A stretch of 64,000 bases of DNA. Source: Lama glama (taxonomy: Eukaryota). This document shows, in pieces, positions 37,046-48,318 of this stretch (positions within the stretch are counted from its first letter, which is position 1; every line of letters begins with the position of its first letter). The position numbers and the translations under genes are program-made. Below the pieces are notes generated by a model. The model saw only the letters and a program-made list of their open reading frames with translations, ran no database searches and was not told where the DNA came from. The stretch is taken from assembly GCA_028534125.1 (NCBI GenBank), contig CM052839.1, positions 8,618,001-8,682,000 on the forward strand, written 5' to 3'.

Positions 37046-38429
37046 GGCAGCCATACAGTACATTGCATGTGAACAGACGGCCATGGTACACCACCCCTTT
37101 AACACGCCCCGTCGAGCCCACACAGTTAATCCCAGCACATCATATCCCACTCTTCCCCACAAACAAGCAGGTACCCACTGCACTTGGACATAACAGCTTG
37201 ACGAAGTTTGATAAACTATGGCGTTCACTGAGGGTTTCATCCTGAGACAAAGAAATAGGTTACATTGTATTCTACAAAGAAATCTTCCCTTAAAAAAGAA
37301 AAAAAGGAGGCACTGCTTTGTCATCCACTGCTCTTTCCCCAGAAGCCCCCTTTGGCTCGTCGGTCCTCGCCCTCCTGGCCCACCCCAGCTCAGGCAGAAT
37401 CTCTGCAGTTCTTCTGCTCCATCTGACAGGTGGCAGGAAACCTAAATTCCTGGGAGCCAGTGACTATTCACTTAGCAGAGAAGCAGCAGTATTTCATACA
37501 ATTACATTATTTCACTCTAAGCTTGACTTAGAGAGTTAACAGTTCCTCGACTATTTCCAAGAGGAGAGATGGGGGAGTGCACTGCCGTGTGTTGGAACGC
37601 CTCCGGTGGCCGCGGTGCTCCTCAAAGGGAAGTGTCACGCTTGTTTATCCTGGCTGTTCGCAGTTCAGTTGCTGGAAGCAGCAAGTCAACATTGATACTA
37701 ACAGCCTCAAAGTTCTCTTATTTAGACTTTGATTATCATTGGTTGGTTGGTTGGTTTTTCTCTTCTGCCAGAGAATAAGGGCTCATTTTCTGTCTCCGGC
37801 TCATGGTTACATTTATTTACATCACTTTCCTAGGCATTTTTTCTGAAACATCACTTCAGGCTATTGGTCAATTTGACTTAATCATAGTCAACTTGACTAT
37901 TGACTAATGTGTGCTGTAAGGAATACTTCCAATGGGGAAGATATTTTGTCTCGATAGACTTGAATGTGGCTATTCATGGTTACTAATTGAATATGAAATA
38001 AATTCTATTGATATGGAGTTTATGAAGTTACTACTGCAAGGAGGTCAGGGAGGCCATATTTTCCTAGAGTAACCATTTTATTGACTTTAGTGTTTGCACC
38101 TCTCCTATTATGGAAGTTTGTGAAAATCTTACACGTCCGATATCCTACCCCCGAATTCCTTTCATTTGCCTCATATATGGCGAAGCTCATCCATCAAAAC
38201 TAAAGAACTCACTGTTTGGCAAGTTAAATGAAAATCCAGTGGAATAGGAGTGTTTATTGCTTCCACAGAAGGTTCTGCATTGTAGATTATCCAGGAGCCA
38301 GTAATGAATGTGTACTATCAGGGGCCAGGGATTTCGGGGGATGAATTTCCCAGGGTTTAATCATTTCATAAGGCCTCTGAGTGTGACTTTTTCCCCAATA
38401 ATCTACTTATCTCAGTAATTTACCCCTCC

Positions 38430-38617
38430 NNNNNNNNNNNNNNNNNNNNNNNNNNNNNNNNNNNNNNNNNNNNNNNNNNNNNNNNNNNNNNNNNNNNNNN
38501 NNNNNNNNNNNNNNNNNNNNNNNNNNNNNNNNNNNNNNNNNNNNNNNNNNNNNNNNNNNNNNNNNNNNNNNNNNNNNNNNNNNNNNNNNNNNNNNNNNNN
38601 NNNNNNNNNNNNNNNNN
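38430..38617. other. Assembly gap (188 N)
   Basis: Run of N. Confidence 1.
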
Positions 38618-39329
38618 TGAAAAGCTGAAATCTTAAAAATGTTTCTTCATGGAAGACATTTTCCCTTGCATTACAAAGGGGTGAGAAGAATGTCCTTCCA
38701 GAGATAGGACTAGCAGTTTTGCAAAGAACTCTGGATGCTGGCTACTCAGAGGGGCTTGGGAGGTTTTTGTTTTTGTTTTTGTTTTTCCAGTGGATCACGC
38801 TAATTTGCCCCCACCCCTTCCTTTTTAGTTAAGTCAGAACTGGAGAAGAAACTGCTCATTGCAAGCAAACAATTAGAAAAATCTCTTGGGGAAAAAAATA
38901 AAATATGCTTCCTAATGTTTTCTGATTGTATTGTTTTAGGTTTATTTCACATTTAACCCTTAAAGTTTTAATTACTGTAACGTGTCAACTACCAAGTACG
39001 AAACGGATTTTCTATTTAGGAAAAAGATTAGAATACAGTTTGCTTTGAAAGCAGACTAGGCTGTTCTGCACGGTATCCTTAGGGGACCGGGAAGGTTGCA
39101 TGCAGTCTCTCCGAGGGTCTGGAAGTACGCTGAGGTTGAATCAAAGGTGGGTCAGAACAAAGATACTGTTTCCCACATTACATAATTACGAAAACTACAC
39201 ACCTACAGGAAGTTTAGACAGAGGAGAGCAGGTTCCTGCTGGCAAGGCTGCGGAAAAGGGAAGAACCAGGAACCCCCACTGCGATTTCTCTGCGCGCCCC
39301 CTGTGCTCGGTCAGCGTCCTCCCATCCTT

Positions 39330-39595
39330 AGACCTCTGCTCAGACGTCGCTTCCTCAGGAAGCCCTCTCTAATCCCCAGACTAGGGAGTCTTGTGCACTC
39401 TACGTCTTCCCTTTATATCATTGTCACAGTTGTAATTGCCCGTTGTTTGCATGGTCCAACTATTATCTCTTTTGCTCTGCCAAGTTTAGCCTCCCGTGAG
39501 TACATAAGGGCCTTGTCTGGTTTGTACATACCATGATAATCTCAGAATCTGAATTCTCAGAAAATATTTGCTGAATGAATGGCTGGATGAATGAG
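39330..39595 (+). mobile_element. L2 3' end
   Basis: 'gcttcctcaggaagccctctctaatcccc...ctcagaaaatatttgctgaatgaatgg'. Confidence 0.8.
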
Positions 39596-39861
39596 AGTGT
39601 ATTTGTTAGAAGTATTTCAGTGAAGGAGATCGGGGTGAGTTCGTGGGTTAACTGAGGACTGCGCAGGGAGAATTTAAGAGGCTTGTTAGAAGGAAGAGAG
39701 AAAGAGGAAGAAAAGAATCACAAACCTCGAAAGTATAAAGACGCTTGGGAGCAAACGTGTGTGTGCCACGTAGTCCATGAATAAACTGGCCTTGGGATGT
39801 AAAAGTGAGAAAAGAATGAATTTGGAGTGGTGTTTCTAAGAAACAGGTGACTGAATATATC

Positions 39862-40335
39862 AGCCAGGTTTCCAGGATGAAATAGGTGGCATGCTCACCT
39901 GGGTGACTTACGGAGCCGGAGGCAGGGGTGAGGGAGCCAACAGGAGATGTCAGGGCACCAGGGCTCAGCAGTAGTGGGAAACTATTACCCCACACCAGCC
40001 ACTCCCATGCCACAGAAGCAAGGGAAGAAGACTCTTTCTGAAGCTTAGTGAGAGCTGGAGCCAGGGAAGAGGACAGCAGACGGGACGCGTGGTTGTCAGT
40101 GGGCATGGCCATTGCCAGAACCGCAGTGCTGCAGCAAGGAGGAGACAGAGGAGGGCTGCCGGCCTCTCTGGCTCCCGACCTCTGATCCAGCCAGCGCCCC
40201 CGGTGGCCAAAGCCAACCGGAAACTGGAGGCAGGAAGTCCCAGTGATGTCGTGCCTGGATGGCAGCCGCCCGCCATCCCAGGTGTGGGGAGGAGGAGGGG
40301 GAGGATCCAGAGGCAAACGGAAAGTAACCAGCTCA
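39862..40335 (-). mobile_element. LTR33-like solo LTR (ERVL)
   Basis: The reverse complement starts 'tgagctggttactttccgtttgcctctggatcc...ttccggttggctttggcca...ggatcagaggtcgggag', matching the LTR33 5' end as I recall it. Confidence 0.75.
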
Positions 40336-40539
40336 GTGAGAGATTTAGATCCATGGGTTTTTATTTTGTTGGCAGTGGTAGAGATCTTTGTTAAGTACGT
40401 AAATTATGTATTGTAGTGACTATTGACGTGGAGTATTTAGGACCCTGGTGAATGTGTTGTTTTTTTAAAGGTAATTTTTCCCCCAAATACCTACCTGCTG
40501 TTTTACTTTCTGACTCTTCTATTTACTTTTTATTTTGAA

Positions 40540-41600
40540 TATATATTTTAGCCAACAATATAACAGAGGTACACCCTGAGAAATTTCACTTCTCTCCCTA
40601 ATCTGCTTCACTCCCCCTTCCCCACAAAGGTAACCGCTTTTACCACCTCCTTGTGTGTCTTCCTCGTGTGTCTTTGCAGATACAAGCAAATATGAAAAAA
40701 TGTGTGTCATATCCTTGTCTTCCCATATGTCTTCTGCACCTGGCACATACGTTATTTCACATGTGCATAGGTATGTCTGTAGGACAGATTCCCACATGTG
40801 GCAGTTTGGATCAGTTTTGCCAGCTTGCCCTCTGTAGGGATGTGTGGTTTGGTACTTCCAGCAATGTCGTGTGAGAGCATCTCCCACAGCCTTGCTGAAA
40901 GTGTGTCGCTCAGCTTTTGGAATTTTGCCAGTCTGGTGGATGGAAAACATTTCATTGTGTTAGATTGAACCACGTGAAATTGCAGCTTGTGTGGGTCAGA
41001 GATGGTAGTCTATCGGTAATTTGTATGGTTCAACCCAACAGCTTTATTTTGTAATTTTCTCATGACTGAAACAGTACCTTTTGATATATTTATTTTAACA
41101 ATTGTTTGTATTTCTTTTTTGTTCTGAACAGTCTGTTGATGATCTTGGTGCATTTTTTTCTTTTGCTGGTCTTTTTCTTACCAATTATAAGGAGCCCTTT
41201 ATGCATTAGGGAGAAGACTCTTTTGTGATAATAAGTTTCAAATTTTTTTTCTAGTTTATTTGTCTTCTGACTTTGCTTATGGTTTTTTCTTTACCACTGA
41301 AAGTTTCTAATTTTTTTTTTTTTGTAATTGTAATGATCCGACTTTTGAGATATTTAGAGTTTGAGTCTTGGTAAGGTCATCTTCACTCCAAGGACATAAG
41401 GGAATTCTTCTGTGGATTTTTTTCCTAGAACTGTAACGGTTTTGTTCATTGCATTTAAATTTTTGATCCATTTAGAGTTTATCCTGTTCTGAGGTATAGA
41501 TTTAACTTTTCCTTTTTCCAGTTGGCTACCCAGTTGTTTCAGCACCATTTATTTCATAAATCTGTCTTTATTCATACTGATTATGGAAGTAACCATGATC
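40540..41600 (-). mobile_element. Old L1 (ORF2 3'/3' UTR) antisense
   Basis: 'ttttgatccatttagagtttat...ttccagttggctacccagttgtttcagcaccatttatt' is reverse-strand L1 ORF2. Confidence 0.8.
40960..41038. mobile_element. MADE2 mariner MITE nested in L1
   Basis: 79 bp with terminal inverted repeats ttagattgaaccacgtgaaattgc / ggtaatttgtatggttcaacccaa. Confidence 0.85.
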
Positions 41601-41879
41601 ATACACTAATTTGGAAGATTAATTTTAAATCCTAGCAATTTACTTTTAACTTTTTGGTTGGAAATATTTTAAGGAATGTCACATAATTTATGTATCTTCT
41701 TTTACATGTACAATGAATGTGTGTTTGAAAAAAAGGATACGTATTTACTGAATAAGATGAACAAAACTTGGGAAACGAAAAAACCCTAATTCTGTTATTT
41801 ACCTATGTTTATATTTTTATTTGTACATGACATAGAAGTACACACACAGATGCGTGCACACACACATTAGGTGAAGAAT

Positions 41880-43200
41880 AAGCTGTTAAAACAACCATAT
41901 TGGAGCAGCACAGTGGCTTATACAACATAGAACTGCATTTCTGTTTCATGAAACAGCCCCTAGGTGAGCAGTCTGAGTTAGAAAGGGAGGTCTCCTCTCC
42001 ACTGGGTCATTCTTTTTTTTTTTTAAGTCTAGTATATTGAGGCTTAACTTAGATACATTAAAATTAAACAGTTCTGAGTTGACAAACATAATATAGTTGT
42101 GTAAACAGCATCACAGTCAAAATATTAAATATCCCTACCACCCTCATACTCCTGAGTGGTCAGTCCCTCCCCTACTCCCCACGCCCAGTCCCTGACAATC
42201 ACTGATCTGAGATCTGTCCCCAGTGGTTTTGCCTTTTCATGGTTTCATTCTTGGCCCACTCTCTCTCTCTCTCTCTCTGTCTTTTCCCTCCACTATGCTG
42301 TATGGCTCCTCACCGCATAGTCAAAACAAGGTCACAGGCACACATCACTTCAGGAAAAAGGAAGGTACATTAATACGCACTGCTAATGTTTTCAGACCTG
42401 GAATGAGGCACATCACTTCTGCTCGTTTTCCATTAGTGAGAACCTAGCTGATGCCCACCAAACCGGGAAAGGTGCTCCACTGCTGCCGAAGGAGGGGAAA
42501 GTGGGTTCTTGTGGGCTAACCTAGCAGTCGCCCCTGCAGCCTGGCCACCCACGTAGCCACAGCCGTCTGTTGTCCACACAGAGAACACAACCTCTCCCTG
42601 AGGGAGACAACCCCAAACCCCACCCAGTTACTACATCCAACTCAAAGGCCAGAGTTTCTGAGCGATGGAAAGTCTTCCCCAGTAGGTTCTGAGGTGGCTC
42701 CCTGTGGTCCAGTGACCTCAAAATTCAAACACGAGAAATTTGTCTCTTCCCCTCCCATCTTTCCCAGGATTATGGTTTCTTTAAAAACTCATGGGACACT
42801 CGTCCAGTGTGCCAGGAACCACATCCAAGTTCCATTTCTGTACATAGTTCTGGCTGATTTTCTGACTTCCAGCTAGACTCGTGTGGTCTTCTTTTTAAAA
42901 GCAGCTACCTTGGGGTGACCTGAAATGATGGATTTAGAAGGCATGGCAGTGAACCTCATCTCTGCCATGGGGCTGAACCTCTTTCTTTGGCTTCATGGAA
43001 ATGAAAGACTCCGAACCCTCACAGTCTCATCTCCTGCTGTTCAAGCTACAGCAGTACCTTCCCAACCAGTTTTCTAGACTTTATCCTTCCATCTCTGCTC
43101 ATAAACTGGCCGGTTCTTGTATGAGCTCATCTCTTTCTTGCAACGGCTTGCTAAAAATCAACAAATTATGTATATAAGCCTTCATCTCTTTAATTACATT
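41880..43200 (-). mobile_element. MLT1 (MaLR) LTR and probable internal sequence, interrupted by an L1 3' fragment (~42010-42240)
   Basis: 'cagtggcttatacaacatagaa...cacatcacttctgctcgttttccattagtgagaac' is typical of old MLT1 LTRs. Confidence 0.6.
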
Positions 43201-43708
43201 GCATTGCCTTGAAATACAGAAATAGATATTGTCATGGCTATTTTAATAGAAAACTATTAAGCCGTCATCTACCTCCTGACTTAAGGATAAGTCGGGCGGG
43301 TGGGAATAAATTCCTTAAAGAGCAGGGCTATACAATCAAACATATAAGGAAGTGTAACAGCATGGAAAGCACCATTGCTAGCACCATTGATATGGCGGGA
43401 GGGGGGTAGATAGGGTGTTGACAGAGGAGTGTAAATGTGCTCTAGAAATGGGTGAGGACATAGAGGATCCAGTATTTACTAGGTCTTTTTGTTTAGAGAT
43501 TAGTATTAGAATAGGTCAGATGAGACATAACAACACGGAGAGTGTAAATGGTCCACTCAGAAAGGCTGTAACGGATAGCTTTTAAGGATGACCATTCTGT
43601 GTATTAGAGCACATGTAAGTAGTAAGTTTATTAATAAATAGCAAAGCAGTCTATTTGAAAAGACCAGTTAGATAGATAAAAGTATGTCACGTGTAATGGC
43701 AGAAAAGA

Positions 43709-43835
43709 GGGGGCGGTGGGGACAGCTCAGTGGTAGAGTGTGTGCTTAGCATGCACGAGGTCCTGGGTTCAGTCCCCTCTACTTCAATAAATAAATGAAT
43801 AAGTCAATCAATCAAATCATCGCCCTCCACCCCAG
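43709..43835 (+). mobile_element. tRNA-Ala-derived SINE (vic-1-like)
   Basis: 'acagctcagtggtagagtgtgtgcttagcatgcacgaggtcctgggttcagtcccc' with an AAAT/CAAT tail. Confidence 0.9.
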
Positions 43836-43849
43836 AAAAACCCACATTA

Positions 43850-44720
43850 AAGAAAATCTCCCAGAAGACACTGGGCAGTTTTGTAAGCAAATTCTTTCAG
43901 ATTTCCCAGGAAAAATAATTGTCATGGTGTATATAACCCGTTTCAGAGTACAGAAAAGGAGGAAAGCTTCCTGTTTCACTTTATGAAGTTGGACTAACTC
44001 TGATATCAAAACCCAACAAAGATAACATACGCTCACAAATCTGTAGGTCAGTCTCGCTTGTGAGTGTAATTATCCTAAAAAGAAAAATCCTAAGTAAAAC
44101 ATTAGCAAATTGAATCCAGCTTTCTATTAAAAGAGAAAAGCGTTGTGGCCAAGCCAAATCTCAAGAATGCAAAGAGAGGTTAGTATTAGGAAATACATTA
44201 ACATGATTCATCACATTAGTAAATGGAGAAAAGCCAAATGATTACCTTAGTAGACACTGAAGAGGCATTTGCTAGAACTCAGTGTCTGTTCTTCAATTTT
44301 TCAAAAAGCCACTCTTCAAACTGTGAATTAAGGAGTACTTTATTAGTCTGCTAAAATAGTAACTGTTACACACTAAATGCTACCATTTTGCTTGAAGGTA
44401 AAAAAATTAGAAGATCAGATCACAGATAAAATCAGAATGTCGCCTCTCCCTGCTGACAACGTGTCATTAATTTTGAAGACCTAACCTCTGCAGTATGCAA
44501 ATTAATTAATAAGGATAAATTAAAATTGTCATCATGTTTGTAAATATTTACAGTCTTCTACCTGGAAGATTCAAGAGAATGAGCTGAAACACTAAAAAGA
44601 ACACCTTTGCCCATTATAAAATAAATATACAAAAGTTGTTTCCTCAGCCAGCACCCATAACCACTTAGAAAATGTTACAGAGAATAGAGAAAAAGTCAAG
44701 TAGCTCCAGAAAAAAAAAAA
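43850..44720 (+). mobile_element. Degenerate L1 ORF2 (reverse transcriptase region) remnant
   Basis: 'aaatcctaagtaaaacattagcaaattgaatccagc...caagaatgcaaag...ttcatcacattag...gacactgaagaggcatttg' corresponds to the L1 RT motifs ILANRIQ and DAEKAFD. Confidence 0.8.
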
Positions 44721-47084
44721 GTAGCTCCAGAAACTCAACAGGAAGTCGGACCTCTGAAGAAAACCATAAAACATTATTAAGCTTCGAAACCCGACTCCAG
44801 CTGAAGCAGAAGCCAGGTGAGCATTGTAATTGTCATTGTAGAAGGTCACAACTCAAAGGAGGAACTGCAGGAGTCAGGGCAGCTCTGAGACCTTAGGCAG
44901 AAGCACAGGATTCTCAAAGTTCTCAGGACTCTTTCCATTCAGACTGCAGGGTTCAGTTGTTCAGAGCGTGCACTGAGCAAGTCTAAACCTCAAGGCTTGA
45001 CATTTATAGCCACGGTCATCGTAGATTTAGATATTTAGGGCATCAGACTTTATGTCACCGTTGTCACAGGAAGGAGCACTTGTTTCTATTGCACCCAACG
45101 TCACTATTTGGGTTAGTGGTTGGATTGATCCCACCCTGCCTTTATTTCTACTTTGATTTCACCTTTCCTGCCACAGACTGCCTTTCTCTTTGTGGTGGAG
45201 AACGTGGCCACAGCCAGTCCCACATTCAAGTCCTTCGTACTCTGTGGAAGAATTTCTTTCTTACAACAATTAGAAGAGTAGTGGGGAAGGTTTCTTTTTC
45301 ATCTGGCTGGGGTCTTGTATCTATTCCGGAAATGTGGGCTGTTGTGTTCAGCTTATGAGCCTGTGGTCTAGGGCACAGGCACGCTGTTTTATCAGAAGGG
45401 TGTGCAGGTTGGTTGGAGCAATAATTGCCAGGCAGGAAAAGTTACAGCTCCGGAGAGATCTGAATAAATGTAGGTATATGCTGTATTCCCAGGTAGGTTG
45501 GCTTAAATTGTAGAGATGCAGATCCCCGCCGACAACTTAATGTATGAATTGCACACAGTCTGATTCGGAGTTCCAGGGAGAGTTTTGGGCCCACTTGACA
45601 TCACGATTCTAAGTTCATCTAGAAGAAGAGACATGCATGGTGAGGACAGTAGGAAAATGCTACCCAGTGGAAGAGAATTGCCTTAATCCATGTTATTTTG
45701 TCATCTATTCCAGGCTTAAAATATGATCCAGTGTTGACATTGAATTTTTTAAGCCTTTCTTCCTGAACGATTTTTATATAACTCAAGGAATTATGAATTA
45801 GGTGGCCAGAGATCTAATATCTGATCGCCTTACATCACTCAGGTAATTTAGAATGTCTGTTGTGTACGAGATGCCGTGGGCTTTCCTTAGATGTAGAAGG
45901 CGTACGCCCCTCCCACCTGTCACTACTTCTGTTAGTCTTTTCCAACCAAAGATGGGCATTAGACATTTTAAATTTGTTGTTCTTACATAGGACTCGGGGA
46001 GGAAGTTTGCCAAGATGAAAAGACCAGTAAGAAGACATAAAAGATGTGATCTGAAATGATAAGGGTGCGAACGAATTCAGGGGTTGGTGGGTGAGGAGCT
46101 CTAGCTGCTGCCACACCGCTGAGGGTGACGTGGGGTTGAATGCAGGGATACTTGTGAGATAGTCGTAAGGACCTGACACAACAAATTTTCAAAGATGAGC
46201 AAGACGACGTATACTAACTGCCCTCGCCAAAGGAAGAATGAAGGGGTGGAGAGGAAACGTCCATTCAAAGAGTGTTTGTCTGGGGAATAAATGCCGATCA
46301 GAAAAACGGACGTTGGGATTTTGTTTCGTGTTTGCGAATGGCGCCCTTCTCAGGAAAGTAAACCCACGGTTGAAAAGGAAAGCTAATGTGTGATGCATGA
46401 AAATGCCTTCATAAACACATGTCATGTCTCGTTTCTTTGGCTCCTGAGACAATCGGGGACCCTTCAGCTCCGGAAATTCGTGAAAACAGGCAGGACAGAT
46501 GTTTGTGTTCTGTGATTTGTGTTCATACCATGCGTAGGTCCAGTGATCGCGCCTGCGTAACCCCTGACGGTCTCTTCACCGCCAGGTGTTGGGGAGGTAA
46601 GATGATGGAGGCAAACCGGAGCTAAAAGGAGAGGAGTTTGCCTGACTTTCAGAGTAACAAAGAGCTTGAAAGGAGGCTTCGGGAAGGAGAAGCAGCCCTG
46701 CTGCGCTGACGGAAAGCAGTAGTGCCGTCAGTGTTCAGGAGCATCAGGAAGAATTCAGAAACGGGCGCCCCCTCCCCTCAAAGTCATGGGGGTTTCAGAA
46801 CTAAAGCTCAGTTCCTCAGTTTGCTTCATAAAGGAAGTGCAGATACGGTAAGATTCTGCATTCCTGTAGAGCATATGTTTGGAATTAATCACGTAACCAC
46901 GGTTGCACCAGCTGAAGTCAGAACACAGAAACACATGGACAACCGTGGTGAGCTCTGAATCCAGGGGGAAAGGTCCCAGCAGCAGGGCTCGGTGCACGGG
47001 GGAGAAAGCTTTACCTGCCACCATGCCATCCAAGGGCCAAGAGCGTATGTGACTCCTCGATGGCCTCAGACAGTGAGCCCCCAG

Positions 47085-47205
47085 GCCTAAGGGAAGTGAC
47101 CTTCATCAGCTCATGGAGAGGGAATGAAAGCGAGCGCGGACGTGAGACACTGACCAGAGAAGACCCAGGCGGCGACGTCAGCCCATCTGGCTGATTGGTC
47201 ACGGG
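47085..47205. promoter_or_regulatory. Candidate promoter-like motif cluster (ETS, CRE-like, NF-Y)
   Basis: GGAAGTG (47092-47098), GACGTCA (47174-47180) and CTGATTGG (47191-47198) in a locally CpG-rich patch. Confidence 0.3.
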
Positions 47206-47764
47206 CTGTGAATTCCCCACAAGCATCTTTCTTTTAAGCCCCATCTGCCCTCGCTCCTTAGAAGGACCTGGGCCTCTTGAGGAGCAGAAGAGGGGCGTTG
47301 GCAGGGACGGGTGCCACTCAGGTTTGGGGTGCTTTTCAGTTTTTTAAAGTTGGTCGACGAAAGTGGGTTTGCTCACAGAGAGTCACTTAGAAGATGGGAG
47401 GAAGATAGGGCAGGAGTGGGGCAGGGTGAGGCACTTAGGAAAAGCCAGACAACTTGCTCCCTCAGCCTTTCTGTGGCCAGATGGTCTCCTGTGACCGGGT
47501 TCCAGGGCTGGCCAGGCTGTCAGAGGCAGGCAGCCCCCTCCTGCATCCAGCCTCGCCCGCAGCTCCCGCTCCGCTGGCTCCCACACTCCCCCACAGCCCT
47601 TCAGTGGTCGGTGCCGGAGCTGTCCCCCCTCGAGAGCAGAGGACTCCCCTGAATTCATTCATGCTCTGATCTTGGGGAGGGAATGTGCTGTCCCCGTTCA
47701 AATGGGAGCAGAGTAAGAGAATGGCCGTGGCATACACAGGAACCTGTGGCAGAGGAATTTCACT

Positions 47765-48051
47765 GGAGGCCAAGGTGCCCACAGGGCTGGTTTCTGGTGA
47801 GAGCTCTCTCCTTGAGCGGCGGGCGGCGGCCTTCTGGGTGTGTCCTCATGTGGCCTTTCCTCTGTGAATGCACTGAGAGAGAAGGTCCTCTTCTTCTGAG
47901 GACATCAGCCCCACCAGATTGGGACCCCACCCTATGACTTCATTTAACCTTAATTTCCTTCTTAATTTGACCTGATCTCCAAATACAGCCACTTCGGGGG
48001 TTACGGTTTCAACATATGAGCAGGAGTTGGGGACAGAATTCAGTGCATAGC
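47765..48051 (-). mobile_element. MLT1A/MLT1A0 LTR
   Basis: 'caaggtgcccacagggctggtttctggtgagagctctctcc...gtgtcctcatgtggcctttcctctg...cccaccctatgacttcatttaaccttaat...tctccaaatacagccac...ttcaacatatga'. Confidence 0.9.
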
Positions 48052-48222
48052 ACCAGTACTCAGACATTGCCTGGTCCCTGCCAATTCCACGTTCCCCCTC
48101 TCTGTGCTTTTTTAGAAGTTCTTTTCCATGCATCCTGCCTGTCCCGAGAAGTCTTTAAGTGGCAATTCAGCATTTCCAGTCTGCTCCCTCATGTCTATTC
48201 TGAAGAGTGGAACTGCCGAAGC

Positions 48223-48318
48223 ATTGATTGATTGATTGATTGATTGCTCTGGGGATTGAACACAGGACCTCATGCATGCTAAGCACGTGCTGTACCACTG
48301 AGCTGTACCCCCGCCCCC
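48223..48318 (-). mobile_element. tRNA-Ala-derived SINE (vic-1-like) with (CAAT)n tail
   Basis: '(attg)n ctctggggattgaacacaggacctcatgcatgctaagcacgtgctgtaccactgagctgtacccccgccccc'. Confidence 0.9.

Noticed and set aside
39648-40316. 222-aa ORF, the longest in the track
   Set aside because: It lies largely within an LTR33-like solo LTR, has a non-ATG start and shows no recognisable domain.
1717-48318. Eight tRNA-Ala(AGC)-like sequences as tRNA genes
   Set aside because: They have extra 5' G-rich leaders, simple-repeat tails, scattered mutations and in some copies target-site duplications, so they are SINE copies.
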